Sequence record: MT161459.1
DNA: 64,000 bases
Strand: one strand, 5' to 3'
Part shown: piece after piece, positions 16,459-24,897 of the stretch
Position numbering within the stretch: position 1 is the stretch's first letter
How the letters are laid out: the number at the start of each line of letters is the position of its first letter
Position numbers and translations under genes: made by a program
Notes under the pieces: model-generated
Databases searched by the model: none
Told to the model about the DNA's origin: nothing
The model's input: the letters and a program-made list of their open reading frames with translations, nothing else

Positions 16459-16995
16459 ATGACCCCCAACCTAAAGAAGATCGGTATCTTCTCATTGCTA
16501 CTGTTGTCAACAACTGTCAATGCAATGCCAACAAAGGAATGTACTTTCCTAAATGAAGATCAGAAACAAGTTGTGACTCGAGCCTACCAGTTAGGCGAAG
16601 ATTCCGACTACGGTATGACTCTTGCTGCCATTGCCCTGACTGAGAGCAAAGCTGGCGAACAACTCATCAACAGAGTGAGTGGCGACTACGGCGTGTTCCA
16701 GAACAATTTGAAAAACACTGTTCGAATGATCGAACAGCGTACCGGATCTAGGATGTCATACCGACAGATCCAAGGACTCAAGAAGAACCTCGTCGCTAAC
16801 ATGGACGAGAGTGGAATGTACGCTCAGATGAATATCGAGTTCTGGGAGCAAGTCCACGGTAAAGAAGCGTGGAGCAAGATCATCGCTTCGTACAACGCGG
16901 GATACAATTACAGCGGATCCAAAGGTCAAAAGTACTTGGCTGAAGTGAAATCCAACTTGAGAAAACTCAAGCACTGTGATTGCATCGGTCAATAA
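16459..16995 (+). CDS. Lytic transglycosylase (SLT fold, T4 Vs.1-like) with signal peptide
   Basis: AAIALTES (catalytic Glu), YGVFQ, ASYNAG; hydrophobic N-terminus. Confidence 0.85.
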   Translation: MTPNLKKIGIFSLLLLSTTVNAMPTKECTFLNEDQKQVVTRAYQLGEDSDYGMTLAAIALTESKAGEQLINRVSGDYGVFQNNLKNTVRMIEQRTGSRMSYRQIQGLKKNLVANMDESGMYAQMNIEFWEQVHGKEAWSKIIASYNAGYNYSGSKGQKYLAEVKSNLRKLKHCDCIGQ

Positions 16996-17031
16996 TTTGC
17001 GGCAGTCTTCGGACTGCCTTAGTCGGTAGGA

Positions 17032-17532
17032 ATGGCATTGAAATACAACAAAGTTACAATTACATCATACGAAGAAGATCAATGTCGATCCGATCTCGAG
17101 GAACGAGAAGTCGACTTTAATCTTGCATCCATCAAGCAAGCAATCTGTGAGATGTTAGGCGAAGAGGACGAAGACGGAGATGATTGGCGCGACCCTATCG
17201 GAATTGAGCTAGAGTATCGTCACGATAAGTTTACCAAAACAGCTCACCTATACGGCGACGTTGAGTCAACGTATGCTAAGTTTGTTGCTAGCATTGAGCT
17301 GAGCGAATCTCTGGTTGATGCTTTCGAGCGCGTTCGGGTCAACGAATCGCACAACGACGTTGTACTCGGTAATTATCCAAACCACGTCAGGTTTGTCGTC
17401 ATGGTATCCGGTCGGGGCAATGACCTCGCATTCATCAATGACATCACTCGGCAATTTAATGGCCCGTACACGGCCCATAAAAATGTCAACGACGTTGTTC
17501 CATATCTGGCTGACATAAGCCTCAAACTCTAA
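17032..17532 (+). CDS. Hypothetical acidic protein
   Basis: AGGA RBS; ORF track. Confidence 0.75.
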   Translation: MALKYNKVTITSYEEDQCRSDLEEREVDFNLASIKQAICEMLGEEDEDGDDWRDPIGIELEYRHDKFTKTAHLYGDVESTYAKFVASIELSESLVDAFERVRVNESHNDVVLGNYPNHVRFVVMVSGRGNDLAFINDITRQFNGPYTAHKNVNDVVPYLADISLKL

Positions 17533-17542
17533 GGGAAATTTA

Positions 17543-18460
17543 ATGTCATACATCGAAGTAACTGTAGGCGCATCTTCTTCTGGTAAGAGTACCTACGCTC
17601 GCGAGGAAGTCAAAAAATCTCGCGGTATGCTGATCGAAGTCAATCGCGACAACACTCGACGCAGCTTGTTCGCCATCAACGGTTGGGGCGAGTACAAGTT
17701 CAACAAAGATCGCGAAGATCTGGTGACTGCCGTTCAGATGAGTACCATCCACCAAGTTCTGGCTGCTGGCAAGAGTGTCATCGTATCCGATACCAATCTG
17801 AATCCGGCATATCGTGAGAATCTTCGGTCTATTGCTGAATCCCACAACAACGTGGACTACAAAGAGGTTTGGTTCAATGTTCCCCTCGAAGAGTTGCTGA
17901 CTCGTAACAAGAATCGCGGTAGCTGGAAACTGACTCCCGATCGCGTCGAGCAAATGTACAACTCCTTTGCGGAGCAGTACGACGAGACCAAACGTACTTA
18001 CGTTCCGGACTACAATGCTGATGCGTGGGTCTATGAGCCTGACGCTAGTCTTCCAAAAGCTGTCATGTTCGATACTGATGGCACCACAGCCATCATGAAC
18101 GGGCGCGGACCTTTTGATTGGGCCAAGGTGGGCACCGATCTGCCGAAGTACAACGTCATCAACCACGCTATCGATCTGAAAGCTCGTGGGATCCAGATCA
18201 TCAACCTCTCTGGTCGTGATGGATGCTGCAAAGAAGCAACTGCGGAGTGGTACAAGAAGGTTGGCATGCCATGCGATGCTCACTTCCAACGCGAAGCTGG
18301 CGACCAGCGTTCCGATGATGAGATCAAGGAAGAAATCTTCCGTCGTGACATTGCTCCGTTCTACAACGTGCTGTATGCTGTTGACGATCGCGATCGCGTA
18401 GTTGACAAATGGCGTCAACTTGGCGTAGAGTGCTGGCAAGTAGCTCCTGGCGCGTTTTAA
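17543..18460 (+). CDS. pseT: Polynucleotide 5'-kinase / 3'-phosphatase
   Basis: P-loop GASSSGKST, NRD, DTNLN; HAD FDTDGT, SGR, VDDR...V..WR.LGVECWQV. Confidence 0.96.
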   Translation: MSYIEVTVGASSSGKSTYAREEVKKSRGMLIEVNRDNTRRSLFAINGWGEYKFNKDREDLVTAVQMSTIHQVLAAGKSVIVSDTNLNPAYRENLRSIAESHNNVDYKEVWFNVPLEELLTRNKNRGSWKLTPDRVEQMYNSFAEQYDETKRTYVPDYNADAWVYEPDASLPKAVMFDTDGTTAIMNGRGPFDWAKVGTDLPKYNVINHAIDLKARGIQIINLSGRDGCCKEATAEWYKKVGMPCDAHFQREAGDQRSDDEIKEEIFRRDIAPFYNVLYAVDDRDRVVDKWRQLGVECWQVAPGAF

Positions 18461-18465
18461 CCTTT

Positions 18466-18491
18466 AAGGGGCTTCGGCCCCTTTACCTTTT
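18466..18491 (+). terminator. Probable terminator
   Basis: AAGGGGC-TTCG-GCCCCTT then TACCTTTT. Confidence 0.7.
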
Positions 18492-18501
18492 GGAGATCAT
18501 C

Positions 18502-18780
18502 ATGTTTGCTATTACGTTCATCGATCAATTTAACAAGAAGTGTATCATCCAGCACGCAGATCAATTCTGCATTTTCAAAACCAAAGCAATCGCCACAAAG
18601 TACGAGACGTCCGTTCTAGCTCCACGAATCAAGGATTTGTTGAGTAACGGTCACGTTGTGGCTGGTGGCTGGTTTAAGAAATATAAGCCGTTGACTCAAG
18701 AAGAGATCCGATACTATACTCGGATGATTGAAACTATGCTCATCGAGCCCATCACCGCTAAAGTAGGGAAGACCAAATGA
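18502..18780 (+). CDS. Hypothetical protein
   Basis: GGAG RBS, ATG 18502. Confidence 0.7.
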   Translation: MFAITFIDQFNKKCIIQHADQFCIFKTKAIATKYETSVLAPRIKDLLSNGHVVAGGWFKKYKPLTQEEIRYYTRMIETMLIEPITAKVGKTK

Positions 18781-19037
18781 CTCATCTGGTAATAGACAGC
18801 TTGGAACAATTCCAACGTGAAGTTGATACGTTCACTGCAGCTGCAGTGGCATCATACCGCAAATTCGGTTTGGATCTCGATCGAGTCCAACTCCGTCCCG
18901 ACGAGTATCGATTTGCAGTCATATCTCCGAATGGCATGCACATACAAGTGAATACTGTGTGGTACAACGCTCGTGAGAAGAAAGCCGAGTACTGTGAAGG
19001 ACCTCTTCGCCAATATCCACCTAAGGACATCAAATGA
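18777..19037 (+). CDS. Hypothetical protein
   Basis: ATGA overlaps at both ends. Confidence 0.7.
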   Translation: MTHLVIDSLEQFQREVDTFTAAAVASYRKFGLDLDRVQLRPDEYRFAVISPNGMHIQVNTVWYNAREKKAEYCEGPLRQYPPKDIK

Positions 19038-19432
19038 TCCAAGAAACCCTCCCAGTAACCGGATTCGCGTTCATGAATACTATCACCAACAAGCTAGCGA
19101 CAGCTGACGGTCGAATAGTGTTCCAACAAGCGTCTGGATCTGGCCCAACAAACAAGCTGCGGAACACCGGCGAGTGGAGCACGTATGCTCATGCGTCGCT
19201 GATTATGGAGAAGTTTGACGTATCGTTTGAGATTGCTAGACGTATGCAGAATGCGTACAACCACATCGTGTACAGTTATCGCCCAAGTGATAGCGATAAA
19301 CTAGACATTGCGGAGTTTGAGCGAGTCATAAACGATAACGTTGACTTCTTTCGGAACCTCCGAGATACTAAGTTCTCCGAACAAAATGCGTTCGTTAAAG
19401 TCAAAGTCACTGGAGTTCAAATAGAACGATGA
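19034..19432 (+). CDS. Hypothetical protein
   Basis: AAGGA RBS; ATGA overlaps. Confidence 0.7.
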   Translation: MIQETLPVTGFAFMNTITNKLATADGRIVFQQASGSGPTNKLRNTGEWSTYAHASLIMEKFDVSFEIARRMQNAYNHIVYSYRPSDSDKLDIAEFERVINDNVDFFRNLRDTKFSEQNAFVKVKVTGVQIER

Positions 19433-19974
19433 AGATCACTTCACTGCTCCAACAAGCGTTCATTAACGCCCAGGAAAGCAAGTGTCTCTCGTATCGCGTG
19501 GGCGCGATCATCGCGAAAGATGGTCGCCCAGTCACTGCAGGATACAATGGGACTGTAACCGGCCAACCGAACTGCGACGAAGTTGCATTGGATAATGGAT
19601 GGGCTGAATACGTTGACGTTCCAGGAGTTGGGAAAGAGCTCCGCTTAAAAGAGAGCTGCTCGGATGCTTATTCCGAGTGGGGACGTAGCAAGATCATCCA
19701 CGCGGAGATCAACGCTATACTGTTTGCTGCAAGAGAGGGCAAGTCGATCGATGGCGGTACTATGTACTGTACCATGTCTCCTTGTCCGGATTGCGCCAAG
19801 GCAATAGCTCAGTCGGGTATCCGAACTCTGGTCTATTGCGAAGAGTATTCGAAGTCCAAAGAAGATTGGACCAAGGATCTCACGGATGCTGGAGTCAAGA
19901 TTATTCATCTTGACAAATCGCATCTGAATATGTTAAACTGGGAAACCGTCAAATCAAAGAGAGAGCGTATATGA
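19429..19974 (+). CDS. cd: dCMP deaminase
   Basis: VGAII, GYNG, HAEINAI, PCPDCAKAIAQSGI zinc-deaminase motifs. Confidence 0.96.
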   Translation: MKITSLLQQAFINAQESKCLSYRVGAIIAKDGRPVTAGYNGTVTGQPNCDEVALDNGWAEYVDVPGVGKELRLKESCSDAYSEWGRSKIIHAEINAILFAAREGKSIDGGTMYCTMSPCPDCAKAIAQSGIRTLVYCEEYSKSKEDWTKDLTDAGVKIIHLDKSHLNMLNWETVKSKRERI

Positions 19975-20300
19975 GAAAATATTCTGACCTAACTGCAAAT
20001 GAACAAGTCATCGTTAAACGTTGCATGGAAGCTATCCTGCGACTGGGTGAACATGAGATCGTGTTTGAGAAAGTGGATGGTTCCATCCGCGTTGCCAAAG
20101 CTACTCTGCGGCCTCAAGTGATCACCGAAGCTGTCGGCAAAGCTGAGTACGACAAAGAAGTGAATCCTGCCAAGCCGCGCGCCGAAAGTATCGTCAGCTG
20201 CCGATTCTTTGAAGTGGATGCTAAACAATGGCGCTCCTTCAAGATGGAAAATCTGATTGCTGTTGCTGGCAACAAGATCGAAGATCTGATTCGGATCTGA
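19971..20300 (+). CDS. 31.1: T4 31.1-like protein (WYL-like SH3 barrel)
   Basis: VFEKVDGSIR..K.T and WRSF...LI.V.G match T4 31.1; syntenic. Confidence 0.8.
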   Translation: MRKYSDLTANEQVIVKRCMEAILRLGEHEIVFEKVDGSIRVAKATLRPQVITEAVGKAEYDKEVNPAKPRAESIVSCRFFEVDAKQWRSFKMENLIAVAGNKIEDLIRI

Positions 20301-20305
20301 TAAAG

Positions 20306-20347
20306 TTTAGAACGTCACGTCAGCATAGTATTATATCTTTGTTGACG
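20306..20347 (+). promoter_or_regulatory. Sigma70-like promoter
   Basis: TTTAGA-17bp-TATTAT; imperfect IR CGTCAGCA/TGTTGACG. Confidence 0.5.
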
Positions 20348-20416
20348 CGATAAAGCGTTCGACTAGGGAGTTATCCATCGAGATAACGCAAGATTAACCT
20401 TGACAAAGGTTGACAA

Positions 20417-20830
20417 ATGAAAATAATGACACCTCCTGTTAATGATCTGGGGCTCGTAGCGTTTGATGAGCAAGTGATCTGCGAATGTCAGGCTGCACGG
20501 AAAGGTCAAGAGATCAAATCCGCGTCGGGCATTCTGTTGGGTGAACGAACTCAAGGTGATGTGCCGTTGTATGGAACCATCGTGTCCGTAGGCGAGAATG
20601 TATCGGAAGCTGTGAAGGCGTTGGTAGGTCGGGATATCCCACTTCCTAACGGACATATCTCCAACATTCCTGATCCGCGGATTGCTTATGGCGAAATGCC
20701 GTTCAATTCCAAAGAATCTAGGATCTTTGTGACTATGCACTACAAAGCTGTTCGAGCTGTGTATGATGTACGAGTCGAACCATCAACCAAACTAGCTCAA
20801 CCGGCAGCATCTAAACTGTCGCTCATGTAA
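20417..20830 (+). CDS. 31: Co-chaperonin for GroEL (capsid folding)
   Basis: SGILLGERTQGDVP, SVG..V, NIPDP, FVTMHYKAV match T4 gp31. Confidence 0.92.
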   Translation: MKIMTPPVNDLGLVAFDEQVICECQAARKGQEIKSASGILLGERTQGDVPLYGTIVSVGENVSEAVKALVGRDIPLPNGHISNIPDPRIAYGEMPFNSKESRIFVTMHYKAVRAVYDVRVEPSTKLAQPAASKLSLM

Positions 20831-20850
20831 TCATAACAGGAAACAAGCAA

Positions 20851-21132
20851 ATGACCAATTTCATGCAATCACTGATCCAATCCTCTCTGGCTCAACAACT
20901 CCAACAGTACTGGATCGGTGACGAAAACCAAGGTGCCAACATTGATGTGATGGCATTCGTCCAAGCTGAGTTCAACAAACCTCGCTTCGCGAAAAACCCT
21001 GCTGCACAAGCTCTGCTGTCTGAGATCGCAGAATGGGATGCTTCCAACGATGGTCTGAAATACGCTAAGCCGCTGGCTGCCGTAGTTCGCAAGTCCGTCA
21101 TCGCTAAAGTAACCGCCCACATCAAAGCATAA
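20851..21132 (+). CDS. rIII: Lysis-inhibition accessory protein
   Basis: GANIDV, NPA, LKYAKPLA.V.RK match T4 RIII; follows gene 31. Confidence 0.85.
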   Translation: MTNFMQSLIQSSLAQQLQQYWIGDENQGANIDVMAFVQAEFNKPRFAKNPAAQALLSEIAEWDASNDGLKYAKPLAAVVRKSVIAKVTAHIKA

Positions 21133-21143
21133 GGAATAAGAAA

Positions 21144-21503
21144 ATGGCTAAGAAATCTCTGCGTAACAAAGGTCACTACGTCACCTACAAAGCGTCTGGT
21201 CTGTTCTCCAAGAACAAAGAAGCCAAGCTGGTACGCCACCTGAAAGCTCATCCGGAAGATACCGTTGCTGCAGCTGCAGTCAAAAAGGTTCCGGCCAAGA
21301 GCTCCCGAGCTGGCTACGTTGGTCCTGCCAACAAGCGCGGTGCTGTCAATCAGATGATGTCCAAGCTGGATGCATCCGTTCGATCCGCTGAGCGTGTATA
21401 CGCTACCATCAAGGATCAGGCACACACCATGGTTCTGGGCAAATCCGCTCCGGTAACCTTCACCGACAAAGAACTGCATAAGCTGTTCCCGCAACGTCGG
21501 TAA
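21144..21503 (+). CDS. Basic protein, possibly 30.9-like
   Basis: Lys/Arg-rich; SRAGY motif; position after rIII. Confidence 0.6.
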   Translation: MAKKSLRNKGHYVTYKASGLFSKNKEAKLVRHLKAHPEDTVAAAAVKKVPAKSSRAGYVGPANKRGAVNQMMSKLDASVRSAERVYATIKDQAHTMVLGKSAPVTFTDKELHKLFPQRR

Positions 21504-21514
21504 TCGAGTACAAT

Positions 21515-21543
21515 AAAGCCATCCCACAAGGGGTGGCTTTTTT
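21515..21543 (+). terminator. Rho-independent terminator
   Basis: AAAGCCATCC-CACAA-GGGTGGCTTT-TTTT (one G-T pair). Confidence 0.8.
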
Positions 21544-21561
21544 CTTATCTGTGAGGTTAAC

Positions 21562-21813
21562 ATGAAACATAAACAGAAGCGGTCAGTTCAGCGGCCTACT
21601 AGCATCGAATACATCACCAAAGCAATGGTTGCTGGTCTGATTGACGGAGTATTCATCTTTGTGATCTACTGTGCAATTTTCGGATCTCCATCATATACTG
21701 GCCAGCCAATCAACCTCGGACATCTAGTGATGATCGCGGTAGCTTACGTTCTGGGCATGAAGTGTTCTCCAGCCAACCGTACCGTCGGTCGGATGGTGAT
21801 CGGCATCAAATAA
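21562..21813 (+). CDS. Small two-TM membrane protein
   Basis: GAGG RBS; hydrophobic segments. Confidence 0.7.
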   Translation: MKHKQKRSVQRPTSIEYITKAMVAGLIDGVFIFVIYCAIFGSPSYTGQPINLGHLVMIAVAYVLGMKCSPANRTVGRMVIGIK

Positions 21814-22007
21814 TGAGATACATCCTGGCTTTTATAATGGATGCCATTATAGTTTACGCAATAACGGTTAACCGAGATCTCCACACAATAACTGTTGATC
21901 AGATTGCGTACTTCGCGTACGGTATGATCTTCTACTATATCGCGTTGTATATTGTGCTGATCCCATCATTTGGGACTAGTATCGTCAATCATAATATGAG
22001 GAAGTGA
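21813..22007 (+). CDS. Small two-TM membrane protein
   Basis: TAATG overlap; MRYILAFIMDAII... Confidence 0.65.
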   Translation: MRYILAFIMDAIIVYAITVNRDLHTITVDQIAYFAYGMIFYYIALYIVLIPSFGTSIVNHNMRK

Positions 22008-22008
22008 A

Positions 22009-22311
22009 ATGGAACAACATTCAATGAGCAGCCTGATGGATATGGCTCGTCAAATGGTTGCCGAAGGTAAACTGGCTGCAGATTGTCGGCCAAGTCTGAC
22101 TACCCACAGTCTTGCAGAGATGTTACTCAGCTATCCGGACGTTCCGCTGATGGATTGTCGCTACGAAGGTGATCTGGAAGGCGAATATGAAATGAAGCTC
22201 TCGTATGTAGTTGGTATCGACTACGGGGTCGTTCCAGGTATTGCAGTTGTGTGTACCGATGACCGCGAGATCGGTTACGAAGAACTGGTGGACAGTCGTG
22301 CCAACTTCTAA
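22009..22311 (+). CDS. Hypothetical acidic protein
   Basis: GAGG RBS. Confidence 0.7.
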   Translation: MEQHSMSSLMDMARQMVAEGKLAADCRPSLTTHSLAEMLLSYPDVPLMDCRYEGDLEGEYEMKLSYVVGIDYGVVPGIAVVCTDDREIGYEELVDSRANF

Positions 22312-22315
22312 CGTT

Positions 22316-22783
22316 ATGGACATTCATGTTGCAATGCACGGTTCGGCAGGAGTGCTGTCGAACCTCCACAAACATTCATTTATCTTCGATGGTGTGCAGT
22401 GCGGCGGCATGGAGGGATTGATTCAATCCCTCCGGTATAAAAACGTTGACGAACAACTGCACATGGCTGGATTATACGGCATACAGGCAAAGCGTCTTGG
22501 AGATAAAAAGAACTGGAGAGCAAAGCAAGAGTTGTATTGGAAAGGAGTGCCGTTTAACCGTCATAGCGACGCGTATCAGGTGTTCTTGGATAATGCATAC
22601 GATGCCCTAGCTATTCAGTCGGAACGCTTCAGATCGGCGCTTATCGATTCTGACGGCAAGATTCTGACGCACACCGTAGGTCGTACCGATCCGTATATCA
22701 CATTACTGACACAGGAAGAATTCTTATGCAGGCTGAACAGACTCCGATCGAGTTTGATGACCTTGAGATGCGCGGGGGAATGA
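22316..22783 (+). CDS. 30.3: NADAR-superfamily protein (T4 30.3-like)
   Basis: LSN....F..DG.Q.GG.EG..Q, LYWKGVPFNR.S, AIQ..RFR.AL..S.GK.L.H, LT..EF...L..LR collinear with T4 gp30.3. Confidence 0.85.
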   Translation: MDIHVAMHGSAGVLSNLHKHSFIFDGVQCGGMEGLIQSLRYKNVDEQLHMAGLYGIQAKRLGDKKNWRAKQELYWKGVPFNRHSDAYQVFLDNAYDALAIQSERFRSALIDSDGKILTHTVGRTDPYITLLTQEEFLCRLNRLRSSLMTLRCAGE

Positions 22784-23040
22784 AGCGCGGTCAGACTATC
22801 GTCATCGTTGGCGACGGGCATATCGGGCAGCGTATCCACCAGGTTCTGGACGAAGTTCCAGAGCTGATTGTGCTCCACGAGCTAGCCAAAGAGCGTCCAT
22901 CCAAGAAACTGGTTCTGCCCGGACATGTTGGGACTCTCGGCGAGATGCACAAACACGAACTGGCCATGGCAATATCCGCAATGAAGGATCCCAAACCTTG
23001 GTACAATGAACATGGCAACAAACGGAGAATCTACAAATGA
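22780..23040 (+). CDS. Hypothetical protein ending KPWYNEHGNKRRIYK
   Basis: ATGA overlap with 30.3 stop (start could be 22768). Confidence 0.7.
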   Translation: MKRGQTIVIVGDGHIGQRIHQVLDEVPELIVLHELAKERPSKKLVLPGHVGTLGEMHKHELAMAISAMKDPKPWYNEHGNKRRIYK

Positions 23041-23231
23041 ATCCTATCGATCATCGCATGGTAGTAGCTGTTCTGGGGTCGTTGGGTCAACTCGACCCGA
23101 CCAACGCTAGATCGTTGTCTTTAGCTGACGCGATGGATGCACATCCAACATTCTATTGTCCGAGAGCTAAGGACATCGCTCCAAAGCCTTGGTATCGCGA
23201 ACATGGCAACAAACGGAGAATCTACAAATGA
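23008..23231 (+). repeat. 33-bp exact direct repeat forming the 3' ends of two adjacent genes
   Basis: GAACATGGCAACAAACGGAGAATCTACAAATGA at 23008-23040 and 23199-23231. Confidence 0.95.
23037..23231 (+). CDS. Hypothetical protein ending KPWYREHGNKRRIYK
   Basis: GGAG RBS inside the repeat; ATGA overlap. Confidence 0.7.
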   Translation: MNPIDHRMVVAVLGSLGQLDPTNARSLSLADAMDAHPTFYCPRAKDIAPKPWYREHGNKRRIYK

Positions 23232-23497
23232 GTGTTTCTCGATACAGACTAGTAACGCCAAATCGTGACATTCCGATATGTCGTTCCACGTACACAGCCG
23301 AGCTTCGTTCTGGCGGCGGTCCAAAGGAGCTCATCGAATATGCTCTGGACGGAACGTTTGAAGTGCACTACATGTCGCCGGCTGGTGTATTGTTGACGCG
23401 TCATAACCAATACGGCGTAGTCACGTACAACAGCTTGACTGGGACGTCCTCACTGTCTGCGTTTGCCGATCGTCCTGACCTCATCCTTAAACGATAA
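23228..23497 (+). CDS. Hypothetical protein
   Basis: ATGA overlap; MSVSRYRLV... Confidence 0.7.
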   Translation: MSVSRYRLVTPNRDIPICRSTYTAELRSGGGPKELIEYALDGTFEVHYMSPAGVLLTRHNQYGVVTYNSLTGTSSLSAFADRPDLILKR

Positions 23498-23507
23498 TGG
23501 AACTGAA

Positions 23508-24149
23508 ATGAATCCGATTGTAACTGAAAAGCCTGTCATCACAACCGATATCGACGGCGTAGTGCTCAACTGGGCTAGTAACCTGCCATTCTTTGCCGCA
23601 GAGTTTAACTTGCCGACTGACGTCGCGGTGCAAATGCTGATCGATGAGAAGTTCCGGAGCCCAGCAGAAATGTTCCAATGCTCTCGGGCAGTCGGCGATG
23701 AGATCTTGAAGCAGTATAATAGCTCCAAGTGGATCCGTGGGCTGAAAGGTTACACCGATGCGCTGATTCACATCAATAAGATGAAGGAGCAATACGACTT
23801 CGTGGCCATCACCGCCATTGGGACAGATTTTAGCATTGCGATGAACCGTATGTCCAACCTGAACGTGCTATTTCCAGGTGCATTTAAAGATGTCCTGATC
23901 TGCGATCACAATCAGAGCAAAGATGCGCTGTTCTACAACGCCAAAGCTAAGTACGGAGATCGCATCGTTTGTTACGTGGATGATCTATCCAAGCATTGTC
24001 AAGATGCGCGAGATGTGTGGCCAGATCTTCCCATCATGCGCATGGTTCGTGGAGAGAACAAACCGATGAAATGTGACGTTGACGACAACATCCAAACCGT
24101 GTATGGTTGGTCATCAATTGAACACATTCTGAATAAGGAAAACGCATGA
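23508..24149 (+). CDS. 30.2: HAD-family protein (T4 30.2-like)
   Basis: TDIDGVVLNW.S.LPFFA, NL..LFPGAF..VL.C.H, CYVDDL..HC match T4 30.2. Confidence 0.9.
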   Translation: MNPIVTEKPVITTDIDGVVLNWASNLPFFAAEFNLPTDVAVQMLIDEKFRSPAEMFQCSRAVGDEILKQYNSSKWIRGLKGYTDALIHINKMKEQYDFVAITAIGTDFSIAMNRMSNLNVLFPGAFKDVLICDHNQSKDALFYNAKAKYGDRIVCYVDDLSKHCQDARDVWPDLPIMRMVRGENKPMKCDVDDNIQTVYGWSSIEHILNKENA

Positions 24150-24511
24150 CCAAAGAAATGAAGACCGACAACCTCGGTCGGCCGTTGAAGGTGGGGTCCA
24201 TTATCTCCGCTAATGGGGAGATTGGAGTTGTATTCAAAGTCACACCGGAGAAGGTTCGGTACCACAGCCTGCCGAAATTTGTCAAGGAGCGCGGTCCTAG
24301 ATACAGCACTATTCCTGGCTCCTACAAACGAGCTGGTAGTATTGCCTGGAGCTTCGAGGTATCTGTGCTGACTGACGTCACTCCAGTAGTTCGGGATGTT
24401 GCTAAAGATTACATCGTCGTCGAGTACATCGTCGCTGGTAGCGAATGCACCAGTTTGGCCGAATTCCGAAATCACACTCTGGATGCAGTGAGGGAAGTAT
24501 ATGACATTTAA
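24146..24511 (+). CDS. Hypothetical protein
   Basis: AAGGA RBS; ATGA overlap. Confidence 0.7.
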   Translation: MTKEMKTDNLGRPLKVGSIISANGEIGVVFKVTPEKVRYHSLPKFVKERGPRYSTIPGSYKRAGSIAWSFEVSVLTDVTPVVRDVAKDYIVVEYIVAGSECTSLAEFRNHTLDAVREVYDI

Positions 24512-24896
24512 GGCTTACGTGTTTGTCAACAGCAAGGTATGTGGCAATCAAACTGGAATCCAAGCAGCTCACGCAATCGCTCGGTTGGTCCACAAACGAT
24601 CGTATCGCGTATCTAGCTGGATGGCTCATGAGACTCTCGTGATTCTGAATGGCGGAACTGATGCCCGAATGCACGAGATCCTGGATATCCTGATCGATAA
24701 CTCCAGTGCAGAGCACGTTGCATCATTCCACGAGCCAGACATGGGCGGAATGCTGACTGCTATCGCGTACATCCCATCCGATGCCGAGGATTTCATGGCT
24801 CGGGAGATTCGCGCTGGGGTTGGTCAATATGACATCGTCGTTCCGAGCACAGCGATTGCTAACCTGATTGCTACCACCCACACCCATCGAGGTTGA
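24501..24896 (+). CDS. Peptidyl-tRNA hydrolase 2-like fold protein
   Basis: K.YVFVN.....NQTGIQAAHA, W....LVIL.G, F.EPD..G.LTAIA pattern resembles PTH2. Confidence 0.55.
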   Translation: MTFKAYVFVNSKVCGNQTGIQAAHAIARLVHKRSYRVSSWMAHETLVILNGGTDARMHEILDILIDNSSAEHVASFHEPDMGGMLTAIAYIPSDAEDFMAREIRAGVGQYDIVVPSTAIANLIATTHTHRG

Positions 24897-24897
24897 T

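Noticed and set aside
17032-17532. alc (host transcription shut-off) by position
   Set aside because: Similar size and neighbourhood, but no sequence resemblance to T4 Alc that I can see.
22389-22421. Overlapping 30.3' gene as in T4
   Set aside because: The +1 frame ATG at 22389 closes after 10 codons.
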